Assembly: GCA_965214725.1 (NCBI GenBank)
Contig: OZ243973.1
Span: 1,799,705-1,863,704 of the forward strand
From: Dehalococcoidia bacterium
Lineage (GTDB): Bacteria; Chloroflexota; Dehalococcoidia; UBA6926
DNA: 64,000 nucleotides
Direction of reading: 5' to 3'
Numbering within the stretch: position 1 is the stretch's first letter; every line of letters starts with the position of its first letter. Positions 27,260 to 36,426 of the stretch are shown piece after piece. The position numbers were made by a program, and so were the translations under genes. The notes beneath the pieces were generated by a model that saw nothing but the letters and a program-made list of their open reading frames with translations, searched no databases and was not told where the DNA came from.

Positions 27260-27334
27260 TGGTACCCCTGCCGGGACTCGAACCCGGGCCACCAGCTCCG
27301 GAGGCTGGTGCTCTATCCACTGAGCTACAGGGGC
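27260..27334 (-). tRNA. tRNA-Arg (anticodon CCG) with an encoded CCA.
   Basis: The minus-strand sequence is GCCCCTGTAGCTCAGTGGATAGAGCACCAGCCTCCGGAGCTGGTGGCCCGGGTTCGAGTCCCGGCAGGGGTACCA. It has a D-loop with AGCTCAGTGGATAGAGC, an anticodon loop CTCCGGA and a T-arm with GGTTCGAGTCC. Confidence 0.9.
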
Positions 27335-27397
27335 GTGATCGGCGTCGTTAGCGCTCCACCATGATACATACCTTCACCCCACCCACGCCCGTGCCGA

Positions 27398-28882
27398 TCA
27401 GGCGCTGTTCTGTGGCTGCGGCTCCTCGTGCTGCTCGGTCTCGCCGCGCCGGCCCGGCAGGTTGTTGCGGAACGCCGGCACGAGCACGGCCGGCGCGATA
27501 AGCGTTGTTGCGATCGTCATCAGGATCGCCACGCCGAAGAGGTCTTGGCCGATCAGCCCTTCCGAGACGCCGATGCCGGCTACAATCAACCCCACCTCGC
27601 CGCGTGGCGCCATGCCCACGCCCACGCGCCATGCGCCGATGCGGGTGAACCCCGCCGCCAGCGCGGGGATGCCGGAGCCGGCCACCTTGCCGATGATGGC
27701 GAGAACAACAACGACCAGCCCAAACAGCAGGGCCTCCCGCATCGCCTCGATGTTCACCATCGTCCCCATAACCACAAAGAACACGGGAACCATCGCATGG
27801 TACAGACCGTTCAGCGGCTCATGGAGTTGGTTGCGGAGTTGTGTTTGAGAGAGCGCAAGACCCACGGAGTACGCACCGATGATCATCGCTAGTCCGAACA
27901 TCTCCGCCAGCGCCGCCGCAAAAAGGGCTATGCCAAAGACGATGGCGATTGCAGCGCCCTCAACCCGAACACTGTTGATTGCCCGAACAATGTACTTGGC
28001 GCCAAAGATGCCACCGACGGTGAGGACCAGCCAGAATCCGATGGCCTTTGCGCCGACAATCGCAACCTCGCCCCAGTCAAAGGACGCGGCGTCCGCGGCC
28101 GCTCCCACCTCTCCGCTTGCCGTCACGCCCACGACGACGGTCAAGATAAGGATGCCGAGTACATCATCCACAACTGCCGCGCCCAGAATCGTCACACCCT
28201 CCGGTGAGTCAAGGCGCCGCAGATCATCCAACACGCGAGCCGTGATGCCGACGGATGTCGCCGTCATGATTGTTCCGACGAACAGGGCGGGCGCCGTGAA
28301 GAAGGAGTCGGCAAATCCGAATAGAACCGTCGCGTACGCGCCGAGGGCGAATGGGACAACAACGCCGCCGATTGCGACGAGGCTGGCCTGCGGCGCGTAG
28401 CGCAGAAAGGCCTTGAGATCGGTATTCAGGCCTGTTTCAAGGAGCAGGATAATGGCGGCAACCTGTCCTACAACGAACAGCGTCTTGGGGACCGGGATGA
28501 CGGCCCCCTCGGCCGGCTCCTCAAAGAGCGGGCCGATCTGCTCAATGGGACCGATGCCGGCGAGTGCGATCCCACCTAAAGCGAATGGGCCGATGATGAT
28601 GCCGGCAACGAGTTCCCCAATGACTGCAGGCTGTCTGAGAATGCGCTCAGTGAACTCACCTGCCAGCTTTGCGACCACAATAATGATGCCAAGCTGCATC
28701 GCGAGTATCACGGCCGCATGGGTAAAGTCCTCGCCCAAAAGTGTCCTCCAGGCCGCATGTGGCGGAACGGCCACACTATTATACGTGAGCGAGGGGGGAT
28801 TGCGTTGTGACAAGGAAGCACGGAAATGAACCGGGGCCAACAACGCGCTCTCGCCGTGGGCTCCACGCGCAGAGCCTCGCAC
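27398..28882 (-). CDS. Monovalent cation:proton antiporter (CPA2/KefB-like).
   Basis: 494 aa and polytopic. Conserved GEFAF-like and LLFxIGLE-like segments are present (GEVGLIVAGIGV, LLETGLNTDL). Confidence 0.8.
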   Translation of the reverse strand: MRGSARGAHGESALLAPVHFRASLSQRNPPSLTYNSVAVPPHAAWRTLLGEDFTHAAVILAMQLGIIIVVAKLAGEFTERILRQPAVIGELVAGIIIGPFALGGIALAGIGPIEQIGPLFEEPAEGAVIPVPKTLFVVGQVAAIILLLETGLNTDLKAFLRYAPQASLVAIGGVVVPFALGAYATVLFGFADSFFTAPALFVGTIMTATSVGITARVLDDLRRLDSPEGVTILGAAVVDDVLGILILTVVVGVTASGEVGAAADAASFDWGEVAIVGAKAIGFWLVLTVGGIFGAKYIVRAINSVRVEGAAIAIVFGIALFAAALAEMFGLAMIIGAYSVGLALSQTQLRNQLHEPLNGLYHAMVPVFFVVMGTMVNIEAMREALLFGLVVVVLAIIGKVAGSGIPALAAGFTRIGAWRVGVGMAPRGEVGLIVAGIGVSEGLIGQDLFGVAILMTIATTLIAPAVLVPAFRNNLPGRRGETEQHEEPQPQNSA

Positions 28883-29211
28883 GCCGCCGCCTTGAATCTG
28901 AGGGATTCCGCACGCTGGAGGAGAATGTGCGATTCCGCGCCGGCGAGCTGGATATCGTTGGCATCATCGATGGCGCGCTCACGGCCGTGGAGGTGCGGAG
29001 CCGCTCCACCTCCCACATCGGCAGCCCTGAGGAGTCGATTACACCGGCCAAGTCTGCCCGCCTTGCAACGCTCATTGAAATATACCGTCAAAGGCATGAG
29101 GGGGAGGACTTGCCGGAGGACACGCGGATTGATGTGGTTGCCGTTGTCTTTGATTGGCGGGGCAGGGTACTCCGCCTAACCTGGCACAAGAACGCCGTGC
29201 ATGCCTCCTGA
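28807..29211 (+). CDS. yraN: YraN-family (UPF0102) endonuclease-like protein. The start is uncertain.
   Basis: ESEGFRTLEENVRFRAGELDIVGI...AVEVRSRS matches the YraN core. Confidence 0.6.
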   Translation: MTRKHGNEPGPTTRSRRGLHAQSLARRRLESEGFRTLEENVRFRAGELDIVGIIDGALTAVEVRSRSTSHIGSPEESITPAKSARLATLIEIYRQRHEGEDLPEDTRIDVVAVVFDWRGRVLRLTWHKNAVHAS

Positions 29212-29248
29212 CTGCGGAGTGAGGCGCCGCTCTGCTAGACTGTCAGTC

Positions 29249-29512
29249 ATGCCCATCTATGAATTCAGGTGCGAGGGGTGTGGACGGGATACCAGCGTTT
29301 TCACCCGCTCCGTGTCCGCTCCCATTGGCGATCCGACATGCCACCACTGCGGCGGCACATCTCTGCGCAGAAAAGTGTCCCGCGTCTCCGTTGTGCGTTC
29401 ACGGCAAGACCTGTACCGGGACTATGATCGGCTCTCGGCTTTTGATGACGCGCCGAGTGATGATGATTACGATGGGATGGACGACGGGTATTTCAATGAT
29501 GGGTTTGACTAG
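29249..29512 (+). CDS. FmdB-family zinc-ribbon regulatory protein.
   Basis: It begins MPIYEFRCEGCG and has a CHHCG pair. Confidence 0.7.
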   Translation: MPIYEFRCEGCGRDTSVFTRSVSAPIGDPTCHHCGGTSLRRKVSRVSVVRSRQDLYRDYDRLSAFDDAPSDDDYDGMDDGYFNDGFD

Positions 29513-29550
29513 CGGCGCCATGGTCGCGCGGCAGGGAGGGCGGTGACGCG

Positions 29551-29907
29551 ATGCCGATATATGAGTTCACCTGCACCGAGTGCGGCAAGCGCTCCAGTTC
29601 CTTTTATAAGGTGATACCGGCTGAAATGCCCACAAACCAGGAATGTGCCCACTGCGGCTCCACCAAGACCGAGAAGGTGATCTCCCGCGCCGCCTATGTT
29701 CGCTCGACCGCCTCCCGCCATGAGGCGTCCGGCGATCCGGATGCTCCCGGTTATGACTATTGGCGCGACCCGTCAAACATCGGCCGTTGGGCGGAAAAGA
29801 GGATGGATGAGGCGGGCATTGAGATGCCGGACAGGGTCAAGGAGATGATCGGGCAGGCGCGCGAGGGTGAGGTCGACAAGATTCTGGACAAGCGCGGCCT
29901 GGACTGA
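29551..29907 (+). CDS. FmdB-family zinc-ribbon protein, a tandem paralog of the previous gene.
   Basis: It begins MPIYEFTCTECGK and has a CAHCGS pair. Confidence 0.7.
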   Translation: MPIYEFTCTECGKRSSSFYKVIPAEMPTNQECAHCGSTKTEKVISRAAYVRSTASRHEASGDPDAPGYDYWRDPSNIGRWAEKRMDEAGIEMPDRVKEMIGQAREGEVDKILDKRGLD

Positions 29908-29938
29908 TCCAGTGACTATCGAGCCAAGCCTGACAGAC

Positions 29939-31234
29939 ATGAACACCATCGTGTCGCTTGCGAAGCGGCGCGGGTTCGTGTTTCCGGCCAGTGAGATATA
30001 TGGCGGCATCGGGTCATCGTGGGATTATGGACCGCTGGGTGTTGAGCTCAAGCGAAACGTGCGGGATGCGTGGTGGCGTGCCATCGTCCAGGAACGGGAT
30101 GATGTTGTTGGCCTGGACAGTGCAATCATCCAGAGCCCACTCGTGTGGGAGGCGAGCGGCCATGTGGCGGGCTTTTCCGATCCGCTCGTTGAGTGCCGCA
30201 GCTGCCACCGCCGCCAGCGCGCCGATCATATCGAGAGCGATACGTGTCCGGATTGCGGCGCGGTCGGGACATTCACGGAGCCGCGGCAATTCAACCTCAT
30301 GTTCAAGACCTTTATGGGGCCGGTGGAGGATGATGCGGCTGTGGCGTACCTGCGGCCGGAAACGGCGCAGGGGATCTTCACGAATTTTGACAATGTCCGC
30401 ACCGCAACCCGCAAGAAAATCCCCTTCGGCATCGCGCAGACCGGGAAATCGTTTCGGAATGAGATCACAACCGGTAATTTCATCTTCCGCACCCGTGAAT
30501 TTGAGCAGATGGAGATGGAGTACTTTGTCAGGCCTGAGGACGGGTTCGCCTCTCTCGAGTACTGGCGGGGTGAGCGTATGCGCTGGTACACGGACCTCGG
30601 CATCAATCCGGAGCGGCTCAGATTCCGGCAGCATGAGCAGGACGAGCTTGCCCATTATGCGGCCGCCGTCTATGACATTGAGTATCTCTTTCCCATCGGG
30701 TGGTCGGAGCTGGAAGGCATCGCGTACCGTGGCGACTTTGATCTGACACAGCATCAAAACGGATCCGGCCGCAAGCTGGAATACTTTGATGATGAACGGC
30801 AAGAGCGGTTCATACCCCATGTCGTTGAGCCGGCAAGCGGTGTGGACAGATGCCTGCTCGCCTTTCTCGTGGATGCCTACACGAATGAGGAGGTGAATGG
30901 GGAATCACGCACCGTCCTCCGCCTGCACCGCGAGCTTGCACCCTATAAGGTTGCCGTTCTCCCGCTTTCCCGCAACGAAAAACTCCTGCCCAAGGCCCGT
31001 GAGGTTTTTGACATCGTGCGGCGCCGCTGGATGACTGAGTATGACGATTCGCAGTCCATCGGGCGCCGTTACCGCAGGCAGGACGAGATCGGCACGCCCT
31101 ACTGCGTCACCATCGATTTCCAGACCGTTGAGGAGGATGACGCCGTCACCGTCCGTGACCGGGACACCATGGAGCAGGTCCGTGTGCCGATAGCGGAGCT
31201 TGGCGCTCTCCTTGCGGACAGGCTTGCGGGGTAG
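29939..31234 (+). CDS. glyQS: Glycine--tRNA ligase (single-chain alpha2 type).
   Basis: The N-terminus MNTIVSLAKRRGFVFPASEIYGGIGSSWDYGPLG is the class II GlyRS N-terminus. An insertion zinc motif CRSCHRRQRADH...CPDCG is present. I prefer the internal Met start. Confidence 0.9.
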   Translation: MNTIVSLAKRRGFVFPASEIYGGIGSSWDYGPLGVELKRNVRDAWWRAIVQERDDVVGLDSAIIQSPLVWEASGHVAGFSDPLVECRSCHRRQRADHIESDTCPDCGAVGTFTEPRQFNLMFKTFMGPVEDDAAVAYLRPETAQGIFTNFDNVRTATRKKIPFGIAQTGKSFRNEITTGNFIFRTREFEQMEMEYFVRPEDGFASLEYWRGERMRWYTDLGINPERLRFRQHEQDELAHYAAAVYDIEYLFPIGWSELEGIAYRGDFDLTQHQNGSGRKLEYFDDERQERFIPHVVEPASGVDRCLLAFLVDAYTNEEVNGESRTVLRLHRELAPYKVAVLPLSRNEKLLPKAREVFDIVRRRWMTEYDDSQSIGRRYRRQDEIGTPYCVTIDFQTVEEDDAVTVRDRDTMEQVRVPIAELGALLADRLAG

Positions 31235-31266
31235 ACAGATCCCAGCACGCAGCCGGGGGTGGCACA

Positions 31267-32595
31267 ATGCGGGTTATCCACTTTGCGGACGCACACATCG
31301 GCGTTGAGAGGCACAGCCGCCCTGTGACGGCCGCCGAACTTGATTCCCTGCCCGAATCCTTCGCTCCCGGTGTCAACCGTTCCGTCTATGTCGGGATGAG
31401 GTCTCGCTTCATCGACTCCCTCCGCGCGTTCGATGAGCTTGTCGATTTCGCCATGTCGGAGCCTCGCGCCGATCTTGTCGTGTTTGCGGGGGATGCCTAC
31501 CGGACGCAAGATCCGTCACCGACGCACCAACGAGAATTCGCGCGTCGAGTCAGCCGCCTCGCCGTTGCGGGCATTCCCGTCTTTCTCTTGACGGGGAATC
31601 ATGACGTACCCAATACGGAGGGGATGGCGACGGCGCTCGATGTCTTTGACGCGCTCGCCGTTGAGAGGGTCACAGTTGCATCCCGACCGGGCGTTCATCA
31701 CATCGACACCCCGTCCGGCCCCGTGCAGATACTTGCTGTCCCGTGGCTGCGACGGAGCTCGGTTGCGGCGCTTGCTGATGTGCACGGCAAGAGCCGCACA
31801 GAGGTTAATGAGTGGATGCAGGATTATCTGTCCACAGAGATCAACCGCATGGCCGGGGAGCTTGACCCGGCTGTGCCGTCCATCCTGACGTCACACGTGA
31901 CAGTGACAACCGCCACTGTCGGAAATGAGCGGAGCATGATGATGGGTGACGATTATCTGCTGCTGCCGAGCGTATTCCAGGCTGCTCCCATCGATTACGC
32001 CGCGCTTGGTCACATTCACCGCCATCAACTCATTGCTGAGTCACCCCCGGTTGTCTATGCCGGCAGCCTCCATCGTGTTGATTTCTCTGAGGAAGATGAC
32101 GCCAAGGGCTTTTGTGTTGTGGATATCAATCCCGATGCCTTGCCGGGCCGCCGCGCAACATGGTCGTTCCACCAGGTGTGGTCGCGTCCGTTCAAGACGA
32201 TTCGCATTAGGCTCCGCGACGCTGATGGTGATGATGCCGCGGGCGTAATTGCCGCCCGCCTGCAGGATGAGGATGTGCGTGACGCTGTGGTCCGCGTGGA
32301 GATCCAGCGCCCGGCTGAAATCGCCGGTGAGATTGATAGGGTAGGGATCTCTAGGACGTTGATGCAGGCAGGCGCGCATGTTGTCTCAGGTGTGAGTGAC
32401 GAATTGGACACGCCTGACCAGACGCGCAGCCGGCTTGATCGTGGAACGTCGATAGAATCACTGACCGCTGAGCAGGCCTTAACGATGTATCTGGAGAAAA
32501 CGTCTGTCGCGCCGGAACGGCGGGCTGAACTGATTGCGGCTGCGCGTGAGATCATCGGCGGTGAGGCCGGGGAGCAACAGGACGCAGCGACCTAA
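31267..32595 (+). CDS. sbcD: SbcD/Mre11-like DNA repair exonuclease (calcineurin-like phosphoesterase).
   Basis: MRVIHFADAHIG, GDAYRTQD and LTGNHD are metallophosphatase motifs. No sbcC partner is adjacent. Confidence 0.75.
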   Translation: MRVIHFADAHIGVERHSRPVTAAELDSLPESFAPGVNRSVYVGMRSRFIDSLRAFDELVDFAMSEPRADLVVFAGDAYRTQDPSPTHQREFARRVSRLAVAGIPVFLLTGNHDVPNTEGMATALDVFDALAVERVTVASRPGVHHIDTPSGPVQILAVPWLRRSSVAALADVHGKSRTEVNEWMQDYLSTEINRMAGELDPAVPSILTSHVTVTTATVGNERSMMMGDDYLLLPSVFQAAPIDYAALGHIHRHQLIAESPPVVYAGSLHRVDFSEEDDAKGFCVVDINPDALPGRRATWSFHQVWSRPFKTIRIRLRDADGDDAAGVIAARLQDEDVRDAVVRVEIQRPAEIAGEIDRVGISRTLMQAGAHVVSGVSDELDTPDQTRSRLDRGTSIESLTAEQALTMYLEKTSVAPERRAELIAAAREIIGGEAGEQQDAAT

Positions 32596-32616
32596 CTAGC
32601 GACCTAATTTAGGAAC

Positions 32617-33330
32617 CTATCCGGCGCCCCGCAGCCACTCTGAGCCGCCGTCCCACACTTCACGTTTCCAGACGGGAGCCAGTGCTTTGACCTTCTCGAC
32701 CGCCTCGCGGCATGCGTCAAAGGCGGCGCGGCGATGGGGCGATGCCACGGCGACAACAAGCGACGTTTCCCCAATTTCAAGCCGCCCTGTGCGGTGCCAC
32801 AGGGCAATTGCGCTGATGTCAAAATCCTCAAGTGTCTCGCGACCGATACGCCGCAGAACCCTCTCGGCCATCTCCGGGTATGCCTCGTACTCGAGGAACA
32901 GCACCTGCCGCCCCAGGTTGTTGTCACGCACGATCCCCTCAAAGGTGAGCGTCGCCCCGTCAGTCGATTCCTTGAGACCATCGACAATTGCGGCGGCGTG
33001 CAGCGGATCAGGTGTCACACCGACCTGCACCGACTCCGCCTCTGAAATGGCCCCACCGCTCACCGGCGGAATGAACGCCACCTCATCCCCGGCGGAGATG
33101 GATGTTGACGGATCGACGTATTCCCTATTGACCGCAACCACGACGCCGTCACAGCGGCTCGCCAACTCAGGGAACTGTCGCTGCGCCTCGCCCAAGAGGC
33201 TCGAGACGGACGCGCCCTCTGCCAGCGTCACGCTGATTTCCGATGCGCCGGCCGCCTCTCGCAGCCCCGCAAACAACCGCACGTGGACTTCCATAAATCC
33301 ATTATAAGTCGCGATTGTGATGCTTGACAC
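32617..33330 (-). CDS. moaDE: Molybdopterin synthase MoaD-MoaE fusion (MoaX-like).
   Basis: The N-terminal ThiS/MoaD fold ends ...AFIPPVSGG, followed by the MoaE domain (FEGIVRDNN...VLFLEYEAYPEMAE...LWHRTGRLEIGETSLVVAVASPHR). Confidence 0.8.
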   Translation of the reverse strand: MSSITIATYNGFMEVHVRLFAGLREAAGASEISVTLAEGASVSSLLGEAQRQFPELASRCDGVVVAVNREYVDPSTSISAGDEVAFIPPVSGGAISEAESVQVGVTPDPLHAAAIVDGLKESTDGATLTFEGIVRDNNLGRQVLFLEYEAYPEMAERVLRRIGRETLEDFDISAIALWHRTGRLEIGETSLVVAVASPHRRAAFDACREAVEKVKALAPVWKREVWDGGSEWLRGAG

Positions 33331-33353
33331 AAAATCGCGTCGACAGATAGAAT
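33324..33353 (+). promoter_or_regulatory. Promoter with -35 TTGACA (33324-33329), an 18-nt spacer and -10 TAGAAT (33348-33353). The ATG at 33360 lies about 6 nt after the -10, so the coxB mRNA is probably leaderless.
   Basis: Consensus hexamers are seen directly in the sequence. There is no room for a Shine-Dalgarno sequence. Confidence 0.45.
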
Positions 33354-33359
33354 CGCGCC

Positions 33360-34487
33360 ATGGGCAAGGGCACTCAACTTATCGGAGCGCTGACGGTTCT
33401 GATGGCCGTCGTGCTCATGTCAGGCTGCCAGCTGGCGTTGCCACAGAGCACGCTCAATCCGGCTGGTGACGTTGCACAGAGTCAACAAGACCTGTTCGTC
33501 TTCATCTTCTGGATCGCCGTCATCATCTTCATCGGCGTTCAGGGCTTCCTGACCATTGCCGTGCTCAAGTACCGCGCCAGGCGTGGGCGTGAAAGTGATA
33601 TCCCACCCCAGACGCACGGCAACACGCCCCTTGAAATTGGCTGGACAATCGCCCCGTCCCTTATCGTTATCGCCATCACCATCCCCACCGTCGCAGGCAT
33701 TGGCGCAACATATGACGCCCCCGCCGAGTACGATGACGATCCCTCAATGACCATTGAGGTTGTAGGACACCAGTGGTGGTGGGAATATCGCTACCTTGAT
33801 GAGAATGGCGACCTTGATTTCATCACCGCCAACGAGCTCCACATACCAGTCGATACAGTCATCAATCTCAAGCTCTCCTCGGTTGATGTCATCCACAGCT
33901 TCTCGGTGCCACGGCTCGCCGGCGCTCGCGATGTGGTTCCCGGCCGCATCAACCGTATGTGGTTGAACGCGACCGAGACAGGTGTCTACGCGGGGCAGTG
34001 TAAGGAGTTCTGTGGAGACTCACATGCGCTGATGCGGACGGTGGCGTTCGCGCGTGAGCAGGCCGATTATGAGAGCTGGGCAGAGAATGAGCGCAAACCG
34101 GCTGTGACCATGACGGATGCGATGGAGCCGGGTTGGGTGGTATTCCAGCAGAACGCTTGCCGCGGCTGCCACACGATTGAGGGGGCGGACGAAAGCCAAT
34201 ATGACCTGGCAATCGGCACTACCGGCCCCAACCTCTCACACTTTGGTTCCCGCGTGACCATCGCGGCCAATACACTGCACAAGGGACCGGCGGACATGAC
34301 AATGGGCGCATTCTTTGAGGATGTGCCAACTGATCCTGATGCCATGCTGCGCGATCCGGCGAATGAGAACCTCAAGAGGTGGCTCAACAATGCGCCTGAC
34401 GTAAAGCCCGGCACTGAAATGCCGGACTTGGACCTGAGCGAGCAAGAATTGAATGATCTCGTCTTTTTCCTGGAAAGCCTGAAGTAA
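33360..34487 (+). CDS. coxB: Cytochrome c oxidase subunit II with a fused C-terminal cytochrome c domain (caa3-type).
   Basis: The CuA motifs are HSFSVP and CKEFCGDSHALM. The C-terminal haem c motif is CRGCH. Confidence 0.9.
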   Translation: MGKGTQLIGALTVLMAVVLMSGCQLALPQSTLNPAGDVAQSQQDLFVFIFWIAVIIFIGVQGFLTIAVLKYRARRGRESDIPPQTHGNTPLEIGWTIAPSLIVIAITIPTVAGIGATYDAPAEYDDDPSMTIEVVGHQWWWEYRYLDENGDLDFITANELHIPVDTVINLKLSSVDVIHSFSVPRLAGARDVVPGRINRMWLNATETGVYAGQCKEFCGDSHALMRTVAFAREQADYESWAENERKPAVTMTDAMEPGWVVFQQNACRGCHTIEGADESQYDLAIGTTGPNLSHFGSRVTIAANTLHKGPADMTMGAFFEDVPTDPDAMLRDPANENLKRWLNNAPDVKPGTEMPDLDLSEQELNDLVFFLESLK

Positions 34488-34516
34488 CGGGCTGCAGGAC
34501 GGAGGAATAAGCGACG

Positions 34517-36373
34517 ATGGCTATGCTAAGTGGCGTACTCGAGAGGCCCACCGGGACAACCGGTCTCTGGAGCTGGTTTACGACGATCGATCACAAGCGG
34601 ATCGGTACGCTGTACCTCGTCACGGCCTTCGCCTTCTTTATCCTTGGTGGCATTGAGGCGAGCCTCATGCGATTGCAGCTCGCCCTACCAGATTCGTCCC
34701 TGATCAGCGCGAATGTGTTCAGCCAGCTCTTTACGATGCATGCGCTGACCATGATCTTCCTTGCCATCATGCCCCTCAGCGTTGCGTTCTTTAACTGGAT
34801 TGTCCCGCTGCAGATTGGGGCGCGGGATGTCGCCTTCCCCCGCCTGAACGCCCTCAGCTACTGGGTGTATCTCGGCGGCGCGATTATCCTCAACCTCGGT
34901 TGGTTCACCATGACAGCCCCGGCGGCCGGCTGGTTCGCGTACGCCAACCTCACCAACACGACGTTCTCGCCCACGAACGGCATGGACTTCTATGTGCTTG
35001 GCCTGCTGGTGCTGGGAACATCCTCCCTGCTTGGCTCCTTCAACTTCATCGTCACCATCATCAATCTGCGCGCCCCCGGCATGTCGCTCATGCGAATGCC
35101 GATATTCACCTGGATGGCGTTCATCACGTCATTCCTGTTGGCGCTGGCCATGCCGGTGATAACCATCGGTCTGGTGGAGCTGGGATTTGACCGCTTCTTC
35201 GATACCAACTTTTTCGTGTTTGAGCGCGGCGGTGATGTCCTCCTCTGGCAGCACCTGTTCTGGGTGTTTGGCCATCCCGAGGTCTACATCCTCATCCTGC
35301 CTGCAATGGGCATTGTGTCTGAGATCTTGCCGACGTTCTCCCGCAAGCCGCTCTTCGGATTCCCCGTCGTCGTCTTCTCCGGCTTGACCATCGCATTCCT
35401 CGGATGGTCGGTCTGGGCGCACCACATGTTCGCTGCCGGGCTGGGGCCGGTGCCGGATGCTGTCTTTGCAACGACAACCATGGCAATTGCGATCCCGACA
35501 GGCGTCAAGGTGTTCAATTGGTTAGCCACGCTCTGGGGCGGGAATATTCAGCTCAAAACGCCGATGTACTTTGCTATCGGATTTATCGCGCTCTTCACCA
35601 TTGGCGGCCTGAGCGGCATGACGCACGCCGCCGCCCCGTCTGACCTTCAGCAGACGGACACGTACTACATCGTTGCTCACATTCATTACGTGCTCTTTGG
35701 CGGCGCCATCATGGCTATCCTCGGTGGGATTTTCTACTGGTTCCCCAAGATGACAGGCCGCATGATGAGCGAATATCAAGGCAAGTGGAGCTTCTGGCTC
35801 ATCTTCATCGGCATGAACATGACATTCGGCCCGATGCACTATCTCGGCTTGGTTGGCATGCCGCGCCGAAACTTCACCTTCCCGGAGGGGATGGGCTGGG
35901 ACGTCTGGAACTTGGTTGCATCCCTTAGCGTGCTATTCATGATTTTCGGTGTCGGCATGTTCGCATGGAACGCGCTCCGCAGCGCCCGCAAGGGTAAGGT
36001 GGCAGGCGCCGATCCATGGGACGCCCGCACACTTGAATGGGCGATACCGTCCCCGCCGCCGCACTACAACTTTGTTGAACTCCCCGTCGTTCATAGTCGT
36101 GATGCCCTTTGGGAGCAGAAATACCCGGAGGTTGAGCATGACGCGCCGCGTCCCGTCCCGGCGGGCGGCGCGGATGATGAGGACGAGCACCATGACATCC
36201 ACATGCCGAGCCCCTCATATTTCCCGTTCATTTGCGCGCTCGGTATCTTCGCCCTCGGCCTGACACTCTTGCTCTATCAGGCATCTGAAGCCCTCGGTAT
36301 TGGCGCCGGCGCGGTGGGACTCATCCTGTTGCTGTGGGGCTCATATGGCTGGATATTCGAGCCGACGGACTGA
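34517..36373 (+). CDS. coxA: Cytochrome c oxidase subunit I.
   Basis: 618 aa. It has 12 or more TM segments and the conserved His ligands (WVFGHPEVYILILP, HHMF, VAHIHYV). Confidence 0.93.
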   Translation: MAMLSGVLERPTGTTGLWSWFTTIDHKRIGTLYLVTAFAFFILGGIEASLMRLQLALPDSSLISANVFSQLFTMHALTMIFLAIMPLSVAFFNWIVPLQIGARDVAFPRLNALSYWVYLGGAIILNLGWFTMTAPAAGWFAYANLTNTTFSPTNGMDFYVLGLLVLGTSSLLGSFNFIVTIINLRAPGMSLMRMPIFTWMAFITSFLLALAMPVITIGLVELGFDRFFDTNFFVFERGGDVLLWQHLFWVFGHPEVYILILPAMGIVSEILPTFSRKPLFGFPVVVFSGLTIAFLGWSVWAHHMFAAGLGPVPDAVFATTTMAIAIPTGVKVFNWLATLWGGNIQLKTPMYFAIGFIALFTIGGLSGMTHAAAPSDLQQTDTYYIVAHIHYVLFGGAIMAILGGIFYWFPKMTGRMMSEYQGKWSFWLIFIGMNMTFGPMHYLGLVGMPRRNFTFPEGMGWDVWNLVASLSVLFMIFGVGMFAWNALRSARKGKVAGADPWDARTLEWAIPSPPPHYNFVELPVVHSRDALWEQKYPEVEHDAPRPVPAGGADDEDEHHDIHMPSPSYFPFICALGIFALGLTLLLYQASEALGIGAGAVGLILLLWGSYGWIFEPTD

Positions 36374-36426
36374 TGACGAACTGACGAGAGACAGAGACGA
36401 CGAAACGGTCATAGAGGATAGTAGAC

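Noticed and set aside
27348-27892. ORFs overlapping the antiporter gene on both strands.
   Set aside because: They lie inside a convincing 12-TM transporter CDS. Their composition is Arg/His-rich GC artefact.
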